Shown: positions 1 through 11,363, numbered from the whole stretch's first letter. The stretch: 63,040 bases of DNA, filler included, from Blastocystis sp. subtype 4 (GCF_000743755.1; 29 parts of 29 records of this genome joined end to end with filler, not necessarily neighbours in it), one strand, 5' to 3'. Numbers and translations: made by a program. Notes: generated by a model from the letters alone, not told the origin.

Positions 1-1
1 T

Positions 2-154
2 GATGGTACTCCAATGATTTCTTGCGCCGGAGGTATTATCATGGAAGGACACAGTGGTCGTTTGGTTCTGGACAACACCTTTGACAAGAGACTGGAAGTG
101 TGTTTCCATGACTTGAAGCCTGTTACCAGAAAGTGTCTATTCCCCTCTTGCTAA
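2..154 (+). CDS. ATP6V1E: V-type H+-ATPase subunit E, 3' end (partial)
   Basis: Manual translation DGTPMISCAGGIIMEGHSGRLVLDNTFDKRLEVCFHDLKPVTRKCLFPSC* matches the vATPase-E C-terminal pattern CAGG...G(R/K)I...NT(L/F)D.RLE...LP..RK.LF; TGTTTGTT follows at 178-185. Confidence 0.88.
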   Translation, partial: DGTPMISCAGGIIMEGHSGRLVLDNTFDKRLEVCFHDLKPVTRKCLFPSC

Positions 155-272
155 TCAGTTTTCATATCTCAGTCATGTGTTTGTTGTTACAAATGTCACT
201 TTCTGATGTTAGTTCAATCGTATCCTGTTTCCTGTCAACGCAATTCGTCACAACTTGTTACTATCTTCTTGA

Positions 273-588
273 ATGAGCGCAACAAGTCAAGCAGTAGCCA
301 TTCGCAAAATGGTTTCCGATGTTAGTAAGATCGTATTCCCAGACCTTTCACTTTTACCGGTAGGAAGAGAATTCGAGTAATGTCCTTGATCTATTGAATC
401 GTACAATGGATTCAATGATTCCTCAAATTGTATCTCAGCTAGAAGAAGAAGAGAAATCCCATGTTCTCAAATGTCTATATATTGGACTTGCCAAGCCTGA
501 TAACAATGGAAAACTACTCAAGTGGTTTCAGTGCATTAGTGAATCCTCTAATATTGGTACTGTGATCCGGGCTGTCAATTCTCTCTAA
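273..588 (+). CDS. ARPC5: Arp2/3 complex subunit 5 (p16-Arc), one ~31-nt intron (333-363)
   Basis: VLKCLYIGLAKPDNNGKLLKWFQCISESSNIGTVIRAV resembles ARPC5 LMKYIYKGF...LL.WHEK....G.G.I.RVL; removing GT..AG 333-363 joins ATG 273 in frame. Confidence 0.75.
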
Positions 589-657
589 GGAGATGAAATT
601 ATTATGTATAGTGTTGCCACCATTTATTTCATTAGTTGTTTGTACAAACAACAGTCA

Positions 658-2049
658 TTACTTGCCATGAATCAAATCTGTTTCACATTGTTTAACACTG
701 TTCACTTCAGCTGATTGAGCGATAGGCACCCCAATAGGTCTCTCCTCGACTTTGCCTCCATTTCTCTTTTCAAATCTTGCCAAGATCTCTTGATTAACTG
801 CTGTCAATGTATCATAGATGTTTTCTTCACCCTGATGATCTTTGAACCCACTCTACTTCTCACCACTGCATGTCGATCTTACTAGTAACAGCCAATATCG
901 AAACGCCATTTCTCTGTAGAAGAGTCGAGATGAATTGGAAGCGAAATCAACAATATCTTGAACGCAACGTTTGTACTCCAATTCCAACTCTTCTTGAGCA
1001 CTGGTCATCACCAAACCCATATACTTCTTCTTCAATGCTGCTTCATCAACTCCTTTTCGTTTCTCTCTCCGTTTCCATCGATGTCCCTCTCTTTCAGTCT
1101 CAGTCTCAGTCTATGACTCACTTCCTATTCATATCATTACAGTCGCATTCACTTCAGCAGCAAACTGCTCTTTCAGTGTTGTTACTTTCCCATGAAACCC
1201 ACTGCTATCATCGTCAATCTATCCTTAATCCATGTTGATATCCTCACTTCCAGAAGAACCTTTCCTATTAATGCACTTTGCATCCGAATGGAAGACTGGA
1301 GGAACACATCACCTCGTATCTCCGATCCCTCATCTATTGATTCTTCCTGAGTCTGTTGTGTTCGAAGCTGATTCTCACAGTTTGCCTGAAAGGCATCGAT
1401 CTCATTCTTGATCGCTTCCATCTTCTTCACTTGTTCATGAACACGAATATCACAGAAAAGATGTAGCTTCTTGATCTATTATTATAGTCTCTATCCATTC
1501 TCACGATTGTTGTAATCATTTGGTTCATCACATTAGCAGCAAGATACACTCCTGATAGAGGAAATGAATCCACATAGGCTTCTTCAAAGGCTCTCAACAA
1601 CTATTCATTATTCGTTTCATATCCAATCACATCTTTCGCTTGACTCAATGTTTCCCTTAAGATGTCTCTTGAAGACTCAATTGCTGTTGAATGAGCCAAA
1701 CGTGCCTTTTCACGTCGTTCATTACAAGTGCTTTGTGTTGTTCGTTTCTTCTATCTATCATTCAATCTCTTAAACATCACTTCAAGTAGTTCCTGTTTCA
1801 CTCCATGACTCGAACGAGAGAAGGTCTTTTCAATCCTTCGTCGTCGCTTCTGATACTCTCGTTCAATCTCTTTTACCCCTTGATTGATTTTCTGTTTCAC
1901 TTCTCGACGACGCATTTGGATATCATGTTCTCCTTCCATCAACTTGTTGTGATATCGTTCCAACACTTGTGATCGAATGCGAGCTGCTCGTTCAGGAGGA
2001 TCATCTCAATACCATTGTCTCAAAAACACTTACTCTTCAATTCCTTATC
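658..2049 (-). CDS. Uncharacterised multi-exon coiled-coil protein (5' truncated)
   Basis: Chain of minus-strand E/K/R-rich ORF pieces (1751-1966, 1182-1430, 853-1035) separated by intron-like gaps; ends ...DLIHGK* next to a poly(A)-motif. Confidence 0.55.
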
Positions 2050-2149
2050 NNNNNNNNNNNNNNNNNNNNNNNNNNNNNNNNNNNNNNNNNNNNTTAATTA
2101 ATTAANNNNNNNNNNNNNNNNNNNNNNNNNNNNNNNNNNNNNNNNNNNN
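2050..2149. other. Artificial contig spacer N44-TTAATTAATTAA-N44 (first of 28; others start at 4243, 6372, 8501, 11170, 13699, 15814, 17975, 20092, 22195, 24295, 26392, 28475, 30556, 32627, 34798, 36906, 38966, 41057, 43109, 45141, 47170, 49181, 51198, 53227, 55240, 57364, 60998)
   Basis: Identical 100-nt N-padded six-frame-stop linker repeated about every 2 kb. Confidence 0.98.
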
Positions 2150-2228
2150 ATGATGACTCTGGTTCAGATATTGTTATCACTCCTCAAGAAGTAGTTTTGA
2201 AGTGATCCCTTGGATTGTTAACAATAAT

Positions 2229-2521
2229 GGAGTAGGTTTCAGGAGTAGGTTCAAATTTCAAACCTACTCCAACATTCTTTAGAATAGCCCATAAATAAGC
2301 GCGATTATGAGGATTATTTGATGGTGGAGTAGGTAGAGTAGGTGGAGTAGGTTGGATTTTCTATTTCTTAACAAGAATTCTATCAAAACTTTTGTCTAAT
2401 TGAAATTTCAACCTACTCTTCCTACTCCTCCTACTCCAAAATGAATTAATCCCTATAATCAAGCCATTTAATGAGCCTTTTTGAATGATTGTATTTTTGA
2501 ACCTACTCCAAAACTACTCCA
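2229..2521. repeat. ~290-bp imperfect palindrome of GGAGTAGG/CCTACTCC repeats around an AT-rich core (origin-like array)
   Basis: About 11 exact or near copies of GGAGTAGG, mostly forward in the left arm and reverse in the right arm; the arms align as an inverted repeat. Confidence 0.8.
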
Positions 2522-2699
2522 AAGTGAAAAGATATAGAAATGCATCTTCATAATGAGCAAATCAAGGAGTTGAATAATACTCAACAAGGATCAAAGATTC
2601 TTACTCACAATTTGGCCCAATGATACTGATGGTCGGAATTCTGACCATCAGTTAATACAGTTGAAAATGATGTTGTTCTTTTACTTTGTACAGTAAAGA

Positions 2700-3104
2700 A
2701 TGCCCTGGTCAACTGAATATGAACGAAAATGTCTATCCGAATTGTTGGAATATCATTTGAACAACTTGAAAGAACATTATTACAAGGATTTAGAACTACC
2801 ACATTGCACAAATGATTTAGGACTACCTGATGATGTTTTCATACAAGATCCTGTGCTTTATCATATGATTCTGCGTAGTGGACAACGAGTAATTGACTCT
2901 ACATATGCTCCTTTTACACATTCCAATAGTTATCACTACATTATCACATTACCTGAATCAAATTGTGTATGTAGTGTAAGTTTAGGTCCTTCAGTATGGA
3001 AAGATAGTTTAGGTCCTTCAGTATGGAAAGATGGATATCAACATTCCCTACAAATCACAGATCCTTATCGTATTCATGTTGCTCTTGCAGTTGATAAAGA
3101 ATAA
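2700..3104 (+). CDS. Intronless hypothetical protein, probably virus-derived; internal 27-nt tandem duplication
   Basis: 134-aa ORF; SLGPSVWKD duplicated exactly at DNA level (2979-3032); followed by a perfect hairpin. Confidence 0.5.
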   Translation: MPWSTEYERKCLSELLEYHLNNLKEHYYKDLELPHCTNDLGLPDDVFIQDPVLYHMILRSGQRVIDSTYAPFTHSNSYHYIITLPESNCVCSVSLGPSVWKDSLGPSVWKDGYQHSLQITDPYRIHVALAVDKE

Positions 3105-3106
3105 CA

Positions 3107-3150
3107 AATTCATTCTAACGCCTCCATATTACAAGGCGTTAGAATGAATT
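3107..3150 (+). terminator. Perfect 17-bp stem / 10-nt loop hairpin just after a stop codon
   Basis: AATTCATTCTAACGCCT-ccatattaca-AGGCGTTAGAATGAATT, starting 2 nt after the TAA at 3104; terminator role inferred. Confidence 0.55.
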
Positions 3151-3217
3151 AGATTAATAAGCTAAACTAATTAGATAAAGTCATAATCATCACTATATCA
3201 AGCATATAGTAATTAGG

Positions 3218-3790
3218 ATGGAAATTATTAAGAATTTTGAAAAGCTTAACACCAAGCTTGTAAACAAGTACACATGGGCAAAAGCTGAAGCCTTTGAAGG
3301 CATTGAAAGAGTTATGTATTACATCAATATGATGAAGCTGGAACAATGTGGGTTTAACATTAATCTGTTTAATGATGATGAGGATCTTCCATGGATTTCT
3401 TCCCAATTGTATCAATCCGTAATGTTACTCGAAAAGAGTACCGATAAAGAAGCTCAGAAAATCATACGTAATGTTTTTAAAGATGGTATGGATGAAGAAA
3501 CAAAGGAGAACATGGATACAATTAACAGCTTTGTTAGACTAATGCACAAACCCAGTATTTGGAAATTAATTAATCACATTGATAAACATGATTATCAATA
3601 TCATATTAATATTAATAATGTTATCACTATCTTAAAGTTTGATCAATGGGGGTTTGATCTTAATCTGATAATGGATCCTGAATTAGTGGAGATTTCATAT
3701 GATCCAATAGACATAGCCATGTATTTGTTTCTACCAAATCATCCAAAATCACTTGATTTATATGAAGAAGATACTGATGAAGAAGAATAA
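3218..3790 (+). CDS. Intronless hypothetical protein with two copies of a K(L/F)(E/D)QxGF(N/D)xxL domain and an acidic tail
   Basis: 190-aa ORF; MMKLEQCGFNINLF and ILKFDQWGFDLNLI...YDPIDIAMYL. Confidence 0.7.
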   Translation: MEIIKNFEKLNTKLVNKYTWAKAEAFEGIERVMYYINMMKLEQCGFNINLFNDDEDLPWISSQLYQSVMLLEKSTDKEAQKIIRNVFKDGMDEETKENMDTINSFVRLMHKPSIWKLINHIDKHDYQYHININNVITILKFDQWGFDLNLIMDPELVEISYDPIDIAMYLFLPNHPKSLDLYEEDTDEEE

Positions 3791-3931
3791 GATACAGAAA
3801 TTCATTTCTGAATTAAACTCGAAACAATTTTACTTTGTTAGACTAATCACAGTTCAACAATCCTTATGGATTACCTATCAACTAATTGCATAAAGTCATA
3901 ATAATGACTCTTTCAAATATCATTAATTAAG

Positions 3932-4242
3932 ATGGAATTAAAACAGAGTATTGAAGAGCTTGTGAATAATCCTAAGTATCAGAACATATTCAAGACCTAC
4001 AAATATGATATGAGGAAGATCACCAAGATCTTGAAGTTGGAACAAATGGGTGTTGATATTGCTTTTCTTGACAACAAACAATTCACCAAGAATGCTGATC
4101 CATTAGATATCCTGCTTCTATTATGTAATGATAGAAAACTAAATTCAACAACAAAAGTACCATTTGCAGAAGATGGTGTTCATGGTGTTAATGTGTACAA
4201 TGCTAAAGGTGAATGGTTAGAGACTGAACTTACAGTAGATAC
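3932..4242 (+). CDS. Paralog of 3218-3790 (3' truncated)
   Basis: ILKLEQMGVDIAFL...ADPLDILLLL; about 55 nt upstream of the ATG are also conserved with the paralog. Confidence 0.7.
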
Positions 4243-5194
4243 NNNNNNNNNNNNNNNNNNNNNNNNNNNNNNNNNNNNNNNNNNNNTTAATTAATTAANN
4301 NNNNNNNNNNNNNNNNNNNNNNNNNNNNNNNNNNNNNNNNNNGATATTCATCACTAGAACTATTCACTTAGAATCAGAGATTGTTGTTATATCCAATTTC
4401 CTTAATAATGTGTCATTTACATCAATTTGGTTTGACTGGTTTTGAATTTAAACAAACAATCGATTCACATCAACTCTTGGAAATAAACAGAATGAGATAA
4501 ACAATATTCCCTTCTAAATACGGAACATAACTTTCTCTTATTCAACTCAATTCTTATTCATCTCACAAAACAAGAATAGAAGCTTCGAAGAACTGAAGGT
4601 ATGGTTATCAACCAACATAATGTCGTTTCGAGACCAATCAGATTGTGTATAAGCTGCTCAATAGATGGCAAATGAACTGTTTAGTGATCAAATGAATATA
4701 ATAATTATGAATCAACGAACCTATGGAATCGTTGTTTGGAGTGATGATATCAACCAAACTGTTGAGTTATTGATGCTAATTGGGAATCCAATCTTGATGG
4801 TTCACATTGAGAGTCGCTCTATCTTTCGTTGCTCTGTTGAACTACATCTCAACAAAATATGGTTGACGTCTCTAGGAACACTTCATGACAATTATTCTGT
4901 GGGTGTTGTTTGCCACAACAGTACAAAACTGCAACAACAATTCTTGAGTTTATTCTTTACGTTTCTTGTATCAATAGCATTTGAGCTCTTTCCAACCTAA
5001 TTAACAAGACTTGAGACCATTAGATTTACAAGGTGCCACCACACCTTCCACCTTCATCACAACCATAAAGTGTATGATAAAGTATGCACCAATTGAATGT
5101 GAGTGTTAGTTGGGTCAACAACCCCCTATTGTATAACCAAAAGTATGGGATAACTTGCTATCCATAAAGACTGGACTGAAACGCGGAAGATGGC

Positions 5195-5330
5195 AGTTTG
5201 TAATATGTAGATATCAGAAGCGATTAACACCAATTCACCACTATTATCAGGCAGTAGATTGAACCGAACGCAAATCATCATGCGAACTGCACGTATGTTC
5301 AAATAATAAACAAACACACATTATTCAAGA
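5195..5330 (-). pseudogene. Decayed fragment of the penton-like gene (homolog of 58017-58373)
   Basis: Shares tgtagat.tc.gaagcgatt...ttcacca...tgaaccgaacgcaaatca...atgttcaaat...aacacacatt.ttcaa with 58050-58180; peptide GELVLIASDIYI vs GEVVSIASDIYI; frameshifted. Confidence 0.65.
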
Positions 5331-5805
5331 CATCATGATTCTCATTACTAATCTGGTATTCACACAGAAAGGATCATTTGGAAGACTAATAGTATTCATA
5401 CTCGGAAGGGCTCATGAAATCTAACTCCTTCCTTTAAGTACACCTAACAATCACTTATATGCTTTCAAAATAGTAAACATGCGGGAATTCTCTTACAATT
5501 TGATTAAGAATATCATGGACTAAGTCACATGATGCCTTAATCCATCTTCTCTTTTCAAGCTTACCTCATTTAAATTATGAGGCAACGAAATCCGAGTTAT
5601 TAAATCAAATGAAATCTGCTATAGACTAAGAATAACAAGTTCGATCTAAGAGATGGTAATGAGGTGTTTAATGCAATGAACAATTATAGTCATGCACGTT
5701 CAGTAGTTTGTTTACTAGGTATGATTATTATATCATTACGCCTAGTAATGGAGACTTCACCAGAAACAGTACTTCTGTATTGGGATTGTTGGAATTTGTT
5801 CTGCT

Positions 5806-6371
5806 ATGTATGAACATATCATTTTCATTTTGTTGCTAGGTATTATTGAGTGATAACTCTTAATCGTTAGTTGGACTTGTTTATGGTATCGAATGCGCTC
5901 CTAATGAAGTGTATGTGAGTATTACGAAAAGAAGTCTTCTATTTGCAAAGGAGGAATCGTTTCAGATCTTTGGAGGAGATATGTTGTTGTATTCTTCTCC
6001 ATTGTTTGAAGATAATCAAGAACAGGTATTGGAAGTGTGTTTACCTTTCTCTGTTTCTTCATTGTATTCTCTCAAGCTGCTGGATACTGGAAATGATGGT
6101 TGGAGTAATGGTGCTTGGATTGTGATTCGAGATATGACTGGTGGCATTGTGATAGAAACCATAATGACAGAGAAGAGTGTTCAAATTGAACAGTTTTCAC
6201 TTTCTTCCTCGATTATCAATATGAATCCTTTGCAATCAAGAAGAAATGAATGTTTGAATTATAAGATAGTTCGAACCTATAAAATGCATCCTGAGTCAGA
6301 ATTCTTCAGTATTTATGATACAGCCACTGGTAATGTGATATTTGAAGTTCCAGTTAACCATACACATCCTG
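5806..6371 (+). CDS. Surface-protein family member, N-terminus with signal peptide (intron 5840-5870; 3' truncated)
   Basis: Spliced start MYEHIIFILLLVGLVYGIECAPNEVYVSITKR; ...EVCLP...YSLKLLDTGNDGWSNGAW resembles the family motif DFCL..GIYTFEG.DS.GDGW. Confidence 0.7.
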
Positions 6372-6541
6372 NNNNNNNNNNNNNNNNNNNNNNNNNNNNN
6401 NNNNNNNNNNNNNNNTTAATTAATTAANNNNNNNNNNNNNNNNNNNNNNNNNNNNNNNNNNNNNNNNNNNNCTTTAGCAAAGTTATTCTGATTCTATACA
6501 CACTTTCATGGTTATTCCAACAAGTGCTGTCACCGGAATAA

Positions 6542-6664
6542 ATCACACATTCACATACTCTTTTCTCTATCCATTCTTATTTACAATCATTGAATTCAAT
6601 TGATCCATTTCAACAACTAGACCAGTTATGATCCTTTTGAAAATCAATCTAGATCAGAAATAGT
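6542..6664 (+). repeat. Repeat A (reverse complement at 22072-22194)
   Basis: About 120 nt matching 22072-22194 with roughly 3-4 mismatches. Confidence 0.9.
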
Positions 6665-6819
6665 GTATAAAGACGATACAGTTAATATATAAGAGAACGG
6701 AATATGTGATCATTCGTCTAGAATACACGAATACTATGAAATTGGGCTTATTGATACAACCGTAGAATTTGAGATTACATGTTGTCACATTTTCGTTTCT
6801 TGCTAGTCTAGTCAATGAA

Positions 6820-8332
6820 ATGGACTCTCTAAAGTTGTTATATAACATTCAGGAAACGGTTGATGTGATTCGTCGCGAGAATTGTAAACTAGTTGCTGTT
6901 TCTCTAGCAAATAACTCGTTAGGTTGCATTACAGTTTCCAGATGAGATGCTAAATGATGCTGATACGGTGGCCGCATGTTTGCGAGTATAGATACATTCG
7001 TGTTCTTATTCATAGAGTCAACTGGATGACAATGTCAATGTATATATTTTGGGAGATACAAGTGTTTGTCCGTGTTGTGTGGATATCGTTTGTTTCTGTT
7101 TTTGATATAATTAGTAGGTTGCTGTTGAGCATATCCATGCTGACCTAGTGGTTCATTATGGTGATGCATGTATGTCCCAAGTGAAGGACATTCCTGTGTA
7201 CTATTCCTTTGGATACTCCGTTCTGGATATCGACTGCCTTATGGATTCACTCCGAGAACGATTTGGTGGAACACAACGGTTGGTTTTGATTGTTGCTATT
7301 TCCCTAGAACAATCTATTTAGGATATGATCTGTCATTTAGTCATTGTATTGATAAAGTGTATGAAGAGCTAAAACAACATTTCGCCAATGTACTGAAAGG
7401 AGAAGTGGTTCATAGTCAAAACCTTTCTTATAGTGAGCATTTTGATTCTGAATATATTCGATTTGGTTACCACTATTTCAAAACAGCTACTCGAGATCCA
7501 AATGGCATTCTTGTGTTTCTGTGTAAAGACAATACAGATGTTTCGAACTACTTTGTCAACGGGAATCTTTACTCTGTACTGCTGGATTCGGGTCTTTCAC
7601 AAGCACTTGCCTTTACTGATTCTCAGCTCATGGCGGTGGTATTGATGAATTTTTGATGTTATCTAGTCTCCAAACAAATTTTTGATGCAACGATATGTGA
7701 ATATTGAACGAATTGAACATGTCAGTATTCTGGGCATTATTGTTGGTACTCTCTCTGTTGCACATTACAGACAAATGCTGAATATGCTCATTACACAGGC
7801 TGAGCAAAATGGCCAACAGGCTTACCCTATTATGGTGGGAAAACTGAGTCTCCCGAAATTAGCCAATTTCCCTGGAATGGAGGGATTTGTCATGATTGGG
7901 TGTGAACGCAGTTGCTTTATTGACTCACATGTTTGTCTGATTGATTGAAGTTATTGCTAGGAGTATCCATTCCCCATTGTGATGCCGTATGAGTATTTGA
8001 TCTCTGTTGGGAAGAGACAGTGGGAAGAGTTTTATATTCACGATTACTCGTGAGTAAGGACTGGTTTTATGATTTCTAGGAAACTGTTGGAACAGGGAGA
8101 GGAGGAAAAAGAAGATGAGAATTCAGTAGAAATTGTAAATGAAAAAGACGGGCAGATTATTGCTTTTGAGAGCAAAGCTTTGGATTTCATCAATCAACAA
8201 CAATATTGCGGATTGGTTCGTTTACAACGTTTGACTGACTTATAGAAACAAAATGAGGATGTTACCACACCTGCAGTATTGAAAAAAGGACAATCTGGAA
8301 TCGCTTCGTGCTATGAAAATGAACTATTTTAG
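6820..8332 (+). CDS. DPH2: Diphthamide biosynthesis protein 2, multiple ~30-nt introns
   Basis: VALQFPDEML; GDTSVCPCCVD..AVEHIHADLVVHYGDAC; GIIVGTL; VGKLSLPKLANFPGMEGFVMIGC; PIVMPYE; C-terminal GQSGIASCYENE typical of DPH2. Confidence 0.9.
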
Positions 8333-8401
8333 GTTTTGTTTATTTTATCAAATATAACTCACTCTTTTGATTGCGTAGTTGACTACTTTGTGACGCTTAC
8401 T

Positions 8402-8500
8402 ATTGTGTTTCTTGATAATCAAGGAGGATGAAATGACTGAACAGAAAGGCAAAAGCATCGGATAGCAATCACAATCGAAAGACTTGTTGTATGTTTATTT
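8402..8500 (+). repeat. Repeat B (reverse complement at 20192-20290)
   Basis: 99 nt identical to the reverse complement of 20192-20290. Confidence 0.92.
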
Positions 8501-8600
8501 NNNNNNNNNNNNNNNNNNNNNNNNNNNNNNNNNNNNNNNNNNNNTTAATTAATTAANNNNNNNNNNNNNNNNNNNNNNNNNNNNNNNNNNNNNNNNNNNN

Positions 8601-11169
8601 CATTCATATTCAGCCACTTCACCAACATTCGTTACAGGAAACACTCCTTCTGCAACACATCGTCCCTTTCGTATCTGAATTGATAAAGTGGCTTGTGTAG
8701 CTCCTGATTCATTCTCAGCATACACTGTGTATGTTCTTAAGTCCATTGTATCTGTGGGAATTCCAGAAATCTCTCCTGTCTCAGAATTCAGACTCAATCC
8801 ATTAGGAAGAGTTACTCCAGTATCAATGTACCAACGCTCAACAATGTTTCTCACTGAAGGAATACCAGTTGTTGATACTGTTCCCATTACAAATCGATTC
8901 TGGGAGGATTGATAACGAGCATTGGTTGGAGGTTTCTTTGAACACTGATCTGTCTTCACTTCACCCAATACACCTCCAGAACATTCACGATATGAATAAC
9001 CACTATAACCAGTCTCACAAGAAGAAGGAGAGATTTGACCTTCAGCAACTGAAGGATAGTTATCAATTGAAGGACATACATCACCTGTTGCTTTACAATA
9101 AGCCATATGAACAGAACCCAGAGTTGTTGTAGTTGAACCAGTATCAGTCACTTCCCATCGATATTTGCGGAATCCAGCTAGAGCCACAGGAACAGAGATC
9201 TGAGGTTTCGTTCGAGTAGTCACAGTCTGATCCAGTGCACTTAGAATGGTAATAGGTTGATCAGATTGATCAGATTGATCAGGATTGTAAGTAGCAATGA
9301 TATCAAATCCCCAAGAAGAAACAGTGGTTCCTCCAATCATATTGAATGAATTCCATTTACTTCCAACAAGATTCTCAACAGTCCATTCAATATAAGTTCC
9401 AATCGTATTAGGAAGTAGACCAGTAGTATAAGGATCCAAATCCATGATCTCTTCAATAGTACCTGAAGTAGGATCAGTAGAAGTGATAGAAGAATAAGAA
9501 TCAACAACAGTAGAACAATCTTCAACTCCAAATACTCCAGTAGCATCAAACACAACAGCATCAGAAGAAGAACCACTCAAACCACGATGAATCTCGAAAC
9601 TGAATACATTAATGCCTTCCTGAATTCCAGATGTTGACAGAATCACATGGAACTTCGAGAAGGAAGTAGAATCATGATCAGTGATTGATAGGCTCAAAGA
9701 ATCGAAATCATCTTCAAGATTGAATCGAGCAACCACATTTCCATTCAGATAAGCAGCCACTCCTCCAGAATACTTCACTCGAACATTCAACACTTGATAA
9801 TCATTCAATCCACTCATTGTGAAACTCTTTCGGATATATGTTGTGATTGAAGAAGTGGAAGGAATATCAACAGCCTTGTATGTGTTCCAAGTAGAATCAT
9901 CGAAATTGACAGTATTCCAATCACTTGACACATCATTCTGTATCACCTTCCAATCTGTGTATTCAATTTGGAAAGGGAAATATGTTGAGAACACAGAAGA
10001 TACATAGATCGGTTTTGTTCCACTACTCATTTCCATGATATCCAATTCCATCTCTCCAACATCAACAGTTAGAGTATATCCAGATCCTGCACTCCATCCA
10101 TCTCCAAATGAATCAGCTCCTTCAAATGTGTATATTCCATTATCCAAACAGAAATCAACATAGTAATAAGCACTTGCTACAGGGAATTGTTCTACAGATC
10201 TCAACACAGTTCCTGAGGTTCCTCTTCCTTCATACAGTTTCCATGAATTTTCACCACAATAATAATCAGCATAGAAACGAACAGTCATCAATCCTTTGCC
10301 TCCAGTACATATTGTAACTGATAGAGAGATAGTAACAGTCACATCTCCTCCACTAATCTTAGTAGCAGTAATGGTATAGGTTTGAGCACTACTCTCATCA
10401 GTGGCAGTACCTGAAATCCAACCAGTATAAGGATCCAACACAATACCATCAGGAAGAGAAGGAGAAACTTGGAAATTGAAATAACCATCATTATTCTGAG
10501 GAATCACTTCAGCCATTTCAATATTCTTGAATATAGTGACTGAAGAATCATAAGTGAAGTTAGGAATATCAGCCATCACATTATCAGCAAACAGATCCAG
10601 AGTCTGAATTCTCCAAGTACAAGAAGAAGAATCACCAGTACCAAAGTTCTCAAACTTGAATTGATTATAAGGAGTATTGTTAGAGAAGTAGATTCTTCTC
10701 TTCTGACCAGAAAATAGAATATGTAAGACCAGTGACTTCCTTCAGAAGTGTCCATTCATCTGTTCCCAAGTTACGACCATACAAATTGAATTGAGCAGGC
10801 TTCTGATAAAGGTAGGTTGATGATGAAGAATAATAGTTCTGAATCTGAACAGAACTGATCCATTCACGACGATTATTATCGAATACAAGAGTTAGGGTAT
10901 TATCAGCGCAAGAAGTGTAGTAAATACTATTACCATAATACATATCAAATGGATAAGTGGCAGTTCCAGTAATTCCAGACATACTTGCAGTGAATTCCCA
11001 GATATGAGATTCAGATTGTTCTGAAGACATCAAACGAACAACTGCATCGAAATAGGATGTGGTGTAACTGTCATCAATAGCAACAATCGCAATAGCAATC
11101 GTGTTACTTCCAGATTGAAGGAATGTCACTGGACTCGTTACTGTTGAAGTTTGCATTTGTTTACCTGGA
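8601..11169 (-). CDS. Large surface protein with putative-Ig (He_PIG) and Cys-rich modules (partial; 1-nt frameshift near 10712)
   Basis: ORFs 10680-11156 and 8549-10579 join by comparison with paralogs; LP.G(I/L).L...TG.ISG(T/I) PIG motif; CP....YPSV.EGQISPSSC..GY.GYSYREC. Confidence 0.85.
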
Positions 11170-11269
11170 NNNNNNNNNNNNNNNNNNNNNNNNNNNNNNN
11201 NNNNNNNNNNNNNTTAATTAATTAANNNNNNNNNNNNNNNNNNNNNNNNNNNNNNNNNNNNNNNNNNNN

Positions 11270-11363
11270 AGTACTCTTTCCACTTCATTCTCCATTCTAC
11301 TCCATTCATCTTCTTTGATATTGATTCAACATTATCTACTTTCATTCTCTTATCATCACTCAT
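11270..11363 (-). CDS. 5' end of a multicopy gene (MSDDKRMKVDNVESISKKMNGVEWRMKWKEY); second copy at 26492-~26600
   Basis: Near-identical DNA at the start of two contigs. Confidence 0.5.

Noticed and set aside
2979..3032. 27-nt exact tandem duplication (SLGPSVWKD x2)
   Set aside because: A single in-frame slippage duplication or assembly artefact; no evidence of function.
9819..10007. Recurrent 'conserved' ORFs MKLFRIYVVIEEVEGIST... and MVLLLILLCLMLLEY... (also at 16444, 18879, 33522, 42407 and others)
   Set aside because: Antisense or alternate-frame shadows of the near-identical surface-gene core.
10700..10725. Possible programmed frameshifts in the surface gene, in 15053-15813 and in ABCB
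   Set aside because: Mostly single-base slips in short homopolymers in low-coverage contigs; sequencing error or decay is more likely.
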